Assembly (NCBI GenBank): GCA_965248445.1
Contig: CBDFJG010000001.1
Location: 256,001 to 320,000 of the forward strand
Source: Planctomycetota bacterium
GTDB lineage: Bacteria > Planctomycetota > JAJSAM01 > JAJVHW01
DNA length: 64,000 nucleotides
Direction of reading: 5' to 3'
The notes beneath the pieces were generated by a model, which made no database searches, was not told the origin of the DNA, and saw only the letters and a list, made by a program, of their open reading frames with translations. The stretch's first letter is position 1; the number at the start of each line of letters is the position of its first letter. The position numbers were made by a program, and so were the translations under genes. Of the stretch, positions 56,353-64,000 are shown in pieces.

Positions 56353-57794
56353 AGCACGCGGCCTGGGCGTCTCTGTTCCCTGTACTCGGCGGTCTGGGGC
56401 TACTCGGCGGCTGCGGAGACGAACGGACAGCACTTGAGACGCCTCCGCCGGAACTCACCTCGCCGCCTCAAGTCGCACCACCGCCCGCGGCAGCCGCGTC
56501 GGTGATCGGAGCGGTGTCGCCGCAGCGGCTGCGCGCCGACATCGACCGTCTCGCCGCCTTTGGAACCCGGCACACGCTCTCCGACACCGTGTCGGACGAA
56601 CGGGGCATCGGAGCGGCACGACGGTGGCTGCGCGACGAGTTCCGCCGGACCACCGAGACCGACGGACGCACCGGCGCTCTCGCGGCAACGGTTTCCCTCG
56701 ACGGCTACGTCCAGCAGCCCCGCTCACGTGTTTCCGTACCCACCGAGATCGTGAACGTGGTCTGCACGCTTCCGGGCGCGATGCCTGAGGCGCGCGGGCG
56801 CCTCTACATCGCCGGAGCACACTACGACTCACGCGCCACGGACCCCGTGGACGCCGAGAGTGACGCTCCCGGCGCCAACGACGACGGATCCGGCACAGTC
56901 GGACTCCTCGAGTTGGCGCGCGTGCTCGCGCCTCTCGAGCTCGACGCGACCGTCGTGCTGGTGGCCTACGCGGGCGAGGAGCAGGGCTTGCTCGGCTCGC
57001 GCCATCACGCGAAGACGCTTGCGGCGGACGAGGCAGACGTGCGCGGCATACTGTCCGCGGACATGATCGGCGATCCGACCGGGCCGTCGGACGGTCGTGG
57101 CGGCAGCCGCGGACCGTCGGCAGCCGACCGCGTGCGCGTCTTCTCCGCAGGACTCCCCCGCAGCGCCACGGACACACAGTTGCGCAACCTCGCTCAACTC
57201 GGCCATGCGAACGACTCGGACTCGCGGCAGCTCGCGCGCTACGTAGCCGACGTCGCCCGACGTCACACGACCGCCGTTCAGCCGATGCTCGTGTTCCGCA
57301 ACGACCGTTTCCTGCGCGGAGGCGACCACAAGAGCTTCGTCGACGCCGGGTTCGCGGGCGTGCGCCTGACCGACGTCTACGAGAACTACGACAGGCAGCA
57401 TCAAGACCTGCGCACGGACGAGGGCATGGCGTTCGGCGACCTCCCACAACACGTGGACGAGAACTACCTCGCCGACGTGGTCCGGCTGTGGGCCGCTGCA
57501 CTTGTCAGTCTGGCGAATGCCCCCTCGGCGCCCACGGACGCACGGATCATCGTCAGTTCGCTCACTCCCGACACCACGCTGCGGTGGGCCGCGTCACCCG
57601 AGCCCGACACCGCAGGGTATGAAGTCGTGTGGCGTGCCACCACGAGCCCGGACTGGGAGGATTCGCGCGACTTCGGGAACGTCACCGAGGCGACTCTCGA
57701 ACTCTCGAAGGACAACTGGCTGTTCGGTGTGCGCTCGTACGACGCCGACGGCTACCGCTCACCCGTCGCGTTCCCCGGCGTGGGAAGGGAGTAG
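56346..57794 (+). CDS. M28-family metallopeptidase lipoprotein
   Basis: LLGGC lipobox, FGTRHT, AHYDS, PGANDDGSG, GEEQGLLGS, DMIG, RGGDH, ENYDRQHQ. Confidence 0.9.
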   Translation: MLKHAAWASLFPVLGGLGLLGGCGDERTALETPPPELTSPPQVAPPPAAAASVIGAVSPQRLRADIDRLAAFGTRHTLSDTVSDERGIGAARRWLRDEFRRTTETDGRTGALAATVSLDGYVQQPRSRVSVPTEIVNVVCTLPGAMPEARGRLYIAGAHYDSRATDPVDAESDAPGANDDGSGTVGLLELARVLAPLELDATVVLVAYAGEEQGLLGSRHHAKTLAADEADVRGILSADMIGDPTGPSDGRGGSRGPSAADRVRVFSAGLPRSATDTQLRNLAQLGHANDSDSRQLARYVADVARRHTTAVQPMLVFRNDRFLRGGDHKSFVDAGFAGVRLTDVYENYDRQHQDLRTDEGMAFGDLPQHVDENYLADVVRLWAAALVSLANAPSAPTDARIIVSSLTPDTTLRWAASPEPDTAGYEVVWRATTSPDWEDSRDFGNVTEATLELSKDNWLFGVRSYDADGYRSPVAFPGVGRE

Positions 57795-58289
57795 CCACTT
57801 CTCCACGATCACCTCGTCGATGTAGTGGCCGTCGATCTTGGTCTGTCGCGGTGCGCGCCCCACCTCGGCGAATCCCTGGCCGGCGTAGGCGCGGAGCCCG
57901 GCGGTGTTGTCCGCGCGGATGAACGTGAAGATCTTCTCGTAGCCGAGAGCGAGCGCGGACTCGTACGTCGCGGCGAACATCCGCGCCGCGATCCCCTGTC
58001 GGTGATGCCCGAGCGCAACGTATGTGCCCATCGTGGCGACGTGGTCATGCGAGTACGTGTGCGGCGCGAGCGGATCGAGGGTCTGGAATCCCACTAGCAG
58101 TCCGCCGTGCGCGCGGTGCGCCAGACACGCGAACGCGCGCGGCCCGAATTCCGCGATCCACGACCTCATCTCACCGACCGTCTTCGGCGTGTCGAGCGCC
58201 GTGTAGATTCGCGCGTCGATGATCGGGTTGAGAAGGCCGGCGACCGCCTCGGCGTCGTCCGGAGTCGCTCGGCGGATGCTCAGGTCCAT
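57759..58289 (-). CDS. GNAT-family acetyltransferase
   Basis: IRRATPDD, HHRQGIA, IRADN..GLRAY..QGF; convergent 36-bp overlap with the M28 gene. Confidence 0.88.
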   Translation of the reverse strand: MDLSIRRATPDDAEAVAGLLNPIIDARIYTALDTPKTVGEMRSWIAEFGPRAFACLAHRAHGGLLVGFQTLDPLAPHTYSHDHVATMGTYVALGHHRQGIAARMFAATYESALALGYEKIFTFIRADNTAGLRAYAGQGFAEVGRAPRQTKIDGHYIDEVIVEKWLLPSHAGERDG

Positions 58290-58399
58290 CAGTGTCTCCC
58301 TGCCCGGGCCGGCCTCCATCGTGCCACCCGGCCGCTGCGACAGAACCCCTCGAATCGCACCGCGCCCACGCTAGGCTAGCCCGGCTGTAAGAACTTGCG

Positions 58400-58664
58400 A
58401 TGCGACACACCATGGCATCAGGACTGTTCGCGGCACTCATGCTCGTGTCCGCGTGCGGCGGCGGCGCGGAGTCGGACGCGGTGCCCGTGGTCATCACGCC
58501 GAATCCTGCCGGGCTTCGATCTCGCGCTCCAGCAGATGCGTGAGGGCGACAAGTGGAAGATCACGTTCCCGGCAGCGCTTGGGTACGGGAAGCACGGCAG
58601 CCCGAAGATCCCCCCCGGCAGCACGATCGAGGTCGAGGCTGAGCTCATGAAGGTGGACAACTAG
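58400..58664 (+). pseudogene. Internally deleted FKBP lipoprotein gene
   Basis: MRHTMASGLFAALMLVSAC in one frame; ILPGFDLALQQMREGDKW..GYG..IPPGST..VEAEL (FKBP C-half only) in another. Confidence 0.7.
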
Positions 58665-58801
58665 GCAGTCCTGTTCAGGAACCCTGCGCCGCGGACCAGC
58701 GCCGTAGCGAGAGTGCCGGTCCTCGCCTCGCGAGCGGTATTCTGAGCTTCTGGTCCAACAGCCTCTGACGCCGTTGAGACGTGCTCCGCAGGAGACATCC
58801 C

Positions 58802-59827
58802 ATGAAGAGAATCCTTCTCACTGCAACTCTGGCTGGAACGCTGATCGCCGGCTCGCTGGCGACTCCCGCCGAGGCCGGCTGGAGAGCGCTGTCCGGCGAG
58901 CGCGTCCCCGAGTTCAGCGCCGACGAGTGGCTGAACACCGGCACGTCGACGCCGAGCGCGGCCTCGCTGCGCGGCAAGGCGTACCTGATCGAGTTCTTCG
59001 CCACCTGGTGAACCCCCTGCATGGCTCAGGTGGGTCACCTGAACGAACTGCAGACGAAGTACTTCGACAAGGGTCTACGCGTCGTCGCCATCTCGGCCGA
59101 GCCGCTCGGCCTGCTCGAGAAGAAGATGCTCGAGGAGAAGGGCGTCGAGTACTGGATCGGGTCCGACACGTCGAGGTCTTCGATGAAGAACTTCTCCGAC
59201 ATGGTCAAGATCGCCATCCCCCACAGCTACCTCGTGGACGCGACCGGAAAGGTCGTCTCGGAAGGCATGCCGGACGATCAGCAGATCGAAGCCCTGCTCG
59301 ACGGTGTTTTTGACGAGACGCTCGGCCGCGAGTTGCACACGAAGCTCGCCCCTGCCGTCAAGAGCTACGAGAAGGGCGACATCGGCAAGGCCTGGAAGGC
59401 GGCGAGCAAGCTGGTCGAGAACGAGGACGAGGCGATCGCAGAGGACGCCAAGTTCCTGGTTGAGAAGACGGAGGCCTACGGCGAATTCCGCAAGACGCTC
59501 GCCGAGGGTGCGATCTCCTCGCGTGAGTACCTCACCGCCGACGAAGACCTCGCCGACATGGCCAAGGCGTTCTCCGGGATGCCGGTGGCGGAGTGGTCCG
59601 CCAAGACGAGCAAGGAACTCGACGCGGATCCGGACGTCAAGAACGAGCGCAAGGCCTGGAAGGCGCTCCTCAAGGTCAAGGCCGCGGAGGAGAAGGCGAA
59701 CGGCAAGGCGAAGAAGATGAAGCTCGTCCGCAAGTCGTACCTGAAGCTCGTCGACAAGTACGCCGGGACGAACGCTGCCGAGAAGGCCGCTGCCGCGGCG
59801 TCGGGGCTCGGCCGCTACGCAGACTGA
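58802..59827 (+). CDS. TlpA/redoxin-family selenoprotein (Sec at TGA 59009-59011, motif W-U-T-P-C) with helical C-terminal domain
   Basis: Track ORFs 58781-59011 and 59021-59827 are in one frame: LRGKAYLIEFFATW-TGA-TPCMAQVGHLNEL; SECIS-like hairpin follows. Confidence 0.9.
59017..59053 (+). promoter_or_regulatory. Bacterial SECIS element
   Basis: Lower stem CTGCA/TGCAG, internal loop, upper stem TCAGGTG/CACCTGA, apical GGT 21 nt after the UGA. Confidence 0.8.
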
Positions 59828-59851
59828 CCGAACGAACCGACGGATCCGACC

Positions 59852-59890
59852 GAGAGCGGAGGGCGCAGTGCCCTCCGCTCTCTTGATTCT
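59852..59890. terminator. Hairpin terminator between convergent genes
   Basis: GAGAGCGGAGGGC-gcagt-GCCCTCCGCTCTC (13-bp perfect stem) followed by TTGATTCT. Confidence 0.7.
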
Positions 59891-59891
59891 G

Positions 59892-60557
59892 TCAGTAGGT
59901 CAGCGCCTGCGCTGACTTCTCGACCTCACCCGACTCCTCCTGGATCGCGACGGCGCGAGCCATGAAGCGATCGGTGCGATACCACATGTCGTAGGTGAGC
60001 AGTGTCAGCACGATGAACGTCCCGTGTTCCCACAACTCCATGCGGTCACCGAAGAGGATGTCGCCTGTGCAGAACACGAAGAAGATCAGCACGCTGCCCT
60101 TGAACGCAATGCGATGGAGCGTCCGGTCCACGAACAGGCCCAGCAACCCGTCGCGTTGTTTCTCACGGAACGCTTCGGATGAGACCGACCAGAAGGCAAG
60201 CGCGAGGAAGAGCACGCCCAGCAAGAGCTCTGCGATCGCGAATCCGTAGAGCGACGCGAGTGCCAGCTGCCCGGGCAGGTTCAGGCACTTGAAGTAGGCG
60301 ACCATCTTGCTGTCGCGATTGACACCGAAGTACCCGATCGTCTCGCCCTTGTGCATCGTGTAGGCGAGTGAGTTGTGCCCGTGTTCATCGACCTTGTTGA
60401 CGTCGAGCAGGTAGCCGGTGGTCACGTCGCGGTTGATCCCCGACTCACCGTTGAAGAACTTGTCGCCCCCGTTCAGCAGCCAGAACATCGCCCAGAAGAA
60501 CATCAAGATGACAACCAGGTTGAGCTTGCCGTCGAGGCGGTGGATCAGGTTCTTCAT
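59892..60557 (-). CDS. Membrane protein, DoxX-like topology
   Basis: FWLLNGGDKFF, four hydrophobic helices, GDILFGDR.ELWEH. Confidence 0.7.
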   Translation of the reverse strand: MKNLIHRLDGKLNLVVILMFFWAMFWLLNGGDKFFNGESGINRDVTTGYLLDVNKVDEHGHNSLAYTMHKGETIGYFGVNRDSKMVAYFKCLNLPGQLALASLYGFAIAELLLGVLFLALAFWSVSSEAFREKQRDGLLGLFVDRTLHRIAFKGSVLIFFVFCTGDILFGDRMELWEHGTFIVLTLLTYDMWYRTDRFMARAVAIQEESGEVEKSAQALTY

Positions 60558-60692
60558 CGTGCTACTCCGCTCCAGGTGGTCGAAATCGCCCGCGCGGGCG
60601 TACCTCCCCACTCAATCGGGGGTCCCCACACCCTCTGGATCGGAGCGGAACAGCGCGAACTGAATTCGGGTCGCGGCGAGCCGGACGGCCGG

Positions 60693-62084
60693 TCAGCGCC
60701 CAGGGCGGCGATCGTCGGGTGCGTCGCCCATCGCCCTGGCTCCGCCGACGGTGGCGAGGTCGCGCAGCGAGTCCGGGAACTTCTGTTCGGGCACAGGCTT
60801 CGGCGTCCTGGGAATCCCGCTCGGCGTGGGCGGCCTGGGCAGCGACGGCCGCCGGAACTTGTACCAAAGCACGCGGATACGCGTCGCGTCGGCAACGAAG
60901 TGCGCCCCGGCGGCGGTCTGGGCGCGACGCTTGTCCCTCGGACCGACCGACGCGTGCAGCACCACCGTCCTGTCAGCGTCCCACCGCCAGTCACTGCGGT
61001 CGTACGCCTCTTCGATCGAGCGCGCCATCACCATGCCCCGCTGTGGGTGCACCTGGGCGAGGCGGCCCTTGAAGTACTTCTCGATCTTGGCCTCGTCGCG
61101 CGTGAGGGGCAGCATGTTCACGGTCGTCGTCACGCCGCCCTTCGCCGGCTCGATGTACGAGACGATGCCGACGCGCACGTCCTCGTCAGCGAGACGCGCG
61201 TCGGTCAGGTCTTGCGACACCAGGCCCCACATCTTCGACAGCTTGGTGCCGGGGCTCTGGTGGAAGACGTGGACGATGTCGATCCTGGCGCGCTGAGCCG
61301 GGGGCGGCTCAGCCGTCGGGCCGGAACGACCGACTCGAGCCGCCACGCGCAAGAGCGCGTTGGCGACCGCGACCAGCACCACCGGTGACTTCGTGGCGCC
61401 GAGTCGCTCCCTCAACCCGAGGATGCGTTCGTCGCCGTACGAGCCGGCGATCTCCAGCGCGTCGATCGTGAGATCCAGATCGTCGTCGCCGCTCTCCAGG
61501 ATCTCGAACACGAGGTCGGGGAGGAGCGGCTTGCCATCGGGGCGCGCGGCCAGCGCGCGGAGCGCCGCAGGACGAAGTGACCGGTGCTTTGTCCGCACGA
61601 CGTATTCGAGTTGCGGGGCGGCGAGAGGGCTCGGGTGCGCGCCCAGCGCAGCAATCAGCAGCAGACGAGTCGCCTGATCCGCTCGCCGATCGTAGATCTT
61701 CTCGACGAGGTCTGCGGGGGAAACGTCGAGCGCGCCGGCGCTCCGCGCCATCGCTTCCCGCACGCGGCGCGGACCGCCCTCGGCCAGCGCCGTCAGGAGA
61801 TTGCGATCCGCTCCACGGACGTCGACGCGGCCGAGGGACTCGGCAGCCGCCACGCGTACGGCCGGATCCGCGTCCTTCTGCGCCACGAATGCGAGACGCG
61901 CGGGCACCGATCGAGAACCGATCTCAGCCATGCGGCGCACGGCGGCAACCCGCTCCACGGGGTCCGTCGACGTCTTGAGGGCGTGATCGCAACTGCTGAG
62001 CGATCGGTTGTCGCCCGCGAGCGCCACGCCGGCCACCAGGACCGGCAGGAGCGCCACCGTCAGCCGGATTCCTGCCTCCCTCAC
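60693..62084 (-). CDS. Secreted HEAT-repeat protein with a degenerate vWA-like C-terminal domain
   Basis: DADPAVRVAAAESLG repeats; IDIVHVF..VRVGIVSY..LPLTRD; start GTG 62084 (TAGACT-7 nt) or ATG 62105. Confidence 0.7.
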   Translation of the reverse strand: MREAGIRLTVALLPVLVAGVALAGDNRSLSSCDHALKTSTDPVERVAAVRRMAEIGSRSVPARLAFVAQKDADPAVRVAAAESLGRVDVRGADRNLLTALAEGGPRRVREAMARSAGALDVSPADLVEKIYDRRADQATRLLLIAALGAHPSPLAAPQLEYVVRTKHRSLRPAALRALAARPDGKPLLPDLVFEILESGDDDLDLTIDALEIAGSYGDERILGLRERLGATKSPVVLVAVANALLRVAARVGRSGPTAEPPPAQRARIDIVHVFHQSPGTKLSKMWGLVSQDLTDARLADEDVRVGIVSYIEPAKGGVTTTVNMLPLTRDEAKIEKYFKGRLAQVHPQRGMVMARSIEEAYDRSDWRWDADRTVVLHASVGPRDKRRAQTAAGAHFVADATRIRVLWYKFRRPSLPRPPTPSGIPRTPKPVPEQKFPDSLRDLATVGGARAMGDAPDDRRPGR

Positions 62085-62419
62085 GAGGCGCAGTCTAGCC
62101 CGCATCGTCCACCAGCTTCACGCGCCTGAGCGGTCCAGACCGCCGATCCGCGCGTTGCTCCGCCTCCACAACCCAATCAGGGGTGCGTTCGGCGTCGCGC
62201 CTTCGTCTCGACACTCTGGCCTCGCTCAGGACGTGTTGCCTCGACTCGAACGATGACCCCGCGCCCGGTCTTCACCAGTGATTCGAGGGGCGCTTGGAGA
62301 CGGAGCGCGCAAACCGGGTGAACGATGCGGGCTCGCGCCACGGCAGAGCCCGGACTCCAGGGGATGACGGGCCGGTCGACATTGGTATCCTCGTAGCAGG
62401 GTTGCAAAGGAGGGCGCGG

Positions 62420-64000
62420 ATGATCCGGTGTCGTCAACTCGTGGTGCTGGCCGTGCTGGCCGGCACGCTGCCCGTGGCCGAGACCGCATTCGCCCACGGC
62501 GGCCAGTACCAGCAGCCGCCGCTCTACCGCCCGCGCCCGCGAAAGGGAGTCGGCCCCCTACCCATCGGTCCGCCGTCCCGTCCCACCCGGGGGCCGATCA
62601 CCGGCTCCGAGGTCGGACCGGCGACGACGAAGTCGAGCTACGCGCGGCTGGGTCCGGACGACTGGACAGATTGGTGGCTCTCGCAACGCCGCTCGCTCTT
62701 GAAGGGCCGGTACGTGGCCGCGACCACGCCGTCTGCCGACGGGAGCATGTCAGCCGAGCGTCGTCGCGTGATCGACGCGCTGCTTGCTGCCGTGAACGAC
62801 CGCAACGAGGACGTGGCGACCTCCGCCTTAGTCGCACTCGGGCGACTCGGGGTCAATACGACCGAGCCCGTGCTCGTCAAAGTGCTCGGTGATCCCTCGC
62901 GCACACGGTCCGTCCGCGAGGCCGCGGCGTGCGGACTCGCGCTGCTCGGACGGGGCCGGACCACGAGCGCAGCACCCGCGGCGCTCGAGTCCGTCGCGAT
63001 CACAACGCGGCTTCCCTCGCGACTGCGCGCCATCGCCGTGTATGCCCTGGGGCTGCGCGGAGACGCGGGCTCGCGGGATCTCGTGGCGGCTCTGGCGACC
63101 GCCGCATCGACGGACGTCGACGTCGCCGCGGCGGCCGCATCGTCCCTCGGCCTGATGGACGCACCCGGTGGCGTCGAGGTGCTCGAACGGCTCCTCGAGA
63201 AGGGGCGCACAGATGATCCGGAGCCGGCACTCGTCCGCGCCTACGCGGCGCACGGTCTGGCGGCCGCCGACAGCCGAAGCTCCGTGGATCTCCTGCGCAA
63301 GATGGTCGCCGACGAGGACGCGACAGTGCGGAAGGCGGCGATGCTCGCGCTGACGGCACTCTCCGAACAGGACGACATCGCGTCCGAGCAGGTGCTGCGC
63401 AAGCAACTGAACCGGGATCAGGACGTCACGTGCCGTGACGTTGCCGTGCTGTGCCTCGGACGGCTCGGTCATCGCCGTTCCGTGGCCTTGCTTCGCGATG
63501 CGTGGACCGGCGGACGCGCGGTGCACCCGACGTATGCCGCGACGGCACTCGGGTTCTGGGCGCGCGCACAAGGCAACCTGGCTCCGACCGTGCCCGTCCG
63601 CAAGGCGCTGTCCGGGCAGACCGATCCGTTGCTGCGCGGGGCGGCCACGGTCGCGCTGGCAGTGGCGCGGGACCGCGACGTCGCAGGGTTCCTCATGAGT
63701 GCCGTCGAGGCGCACGGGGATCCGGAGGTGCGCGCCGTCTCGGCGTCCGTGCTGCCCGAGATCGGGCAGAAGGAGGAGATCGCACCGGTGCTCCGCCGCC
63801 TCCTCGCATCGGGAGTCGATCCGCAGGTCCGGCGGGAGGCCGCCGGTGCACTCGGAGCGCTCGGTGACGTGGGGTCGACGCCGGCGCTCGTGCAGGTCAT
63901 CGAGAGCAACGACTCGCTGTTCGAACGAGCGGCAGCGACCATCGCACTCGGACGCATCGGCGGACCGGGCTCGGTGGAACGGCTCCTCGGCATCGTTGAG
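62420..64000 (+). CDS. Secreted HEAT-repeat protein, paralog of 18495-20354; runs off the window
   Basis: Absent from the ORF track. AGGAGG RBS, MIRCRQLVVLAVLAGTLPVAETAFA|HGGQY, DDWTDWW, then repeated AxxALG units. Confidence 0.85.
   Translation, partial: MIRCRQLVVLAVLAGTLPVAETAFAHGGQYQQPPLYRPRPRKGVGPLPIGPPSRPTRGPITGSEVGPATTKSSYARLGPDDWTDWWLSQRRSLLKGRYVAATTPSADGSMSAERRRVIDALLAAVNDRNEDVATSALVALGRLGVNTTEPVLVKVLGDPSRTRSVREAAACGLALLGRGRTTSAAPAALESVAITTRLPSRLRAIAVYALGLRGDAGSRDLVAALATAASTDVDVAAAAASSLGLMDAPGGVEVLERLLEKGRTDDPEPALVRAYAAHGLAAADSRSSVDLLRKMVADEDATVRKAAMLALTALSEQDDIASEQVLRKQLNRDQDVTCRDVAVLCLGRLGHRRSVALLRDAWTGGRAVHPTYAATALGFWARAQGNLAPTVPVRKALSGQTDPLLRGAATVALAVARDRDVAGFLMSAVEAHGDPEVRAVSASVLPEIGQKEEIAPVLRRLLASGVDPQVRREAAGALGALGDVGSTPALVQVIESNDSLFERAAATIALGRIGGPGSVERLLGIVE

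Noticed and set aside
1..64000. rRNA, CRISPR arrays, retron or DGR reverse transcriptase, riboswitches
   Set aside because: None recognised by eye; small structured RNAs cannot be excluded without an Rfam/Infernal scan

Overview
GC-rich bacterial window; the gene inventory (HGGxY-type HEAT-repeat proteins, ECF sigma with a long membrane/periplasmic extension, SCO/FG-GAP protein, redoxin selenoprotein) suggests Planctomycetota, which is an inference. The left half is an IS-bounded mosaic. In order: IS66(+) 3050-4549; a phage-like integrative replication/recombination operon with a truncated tyrosine integrase (4550-14459); IS1380(+) 14531-16199; tRNA-Asp, tRNA-Val, ugd and a HEAT gene; IS1380(-) 20355-22023; a lower-GC island with a frameshifted signal-peptide Rhs toxin, a candidate immunity gene, VKOR, a truncated c-type cytochrome and debris; IS66(-) 33120-34619. 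Three of the four IS lack target-site duplications, and five IS ends cut genes whose other halves are absent. The right half is chromosomal-looking (peptidases, VIT/vWA, FHA-trypsin, DinB, FKBP, ECF, M28, GNAT, HEAT). It contains a UGA-recoded (UxxC) TlpA-like selenoprotein with a clear SECIS hairpin, which the ORF track splits in two, plus two Cys-less redoxin relatives. No CRISPR array or rRNA was seen. Domain assignments come from motif recognition by eye, not from database searches.
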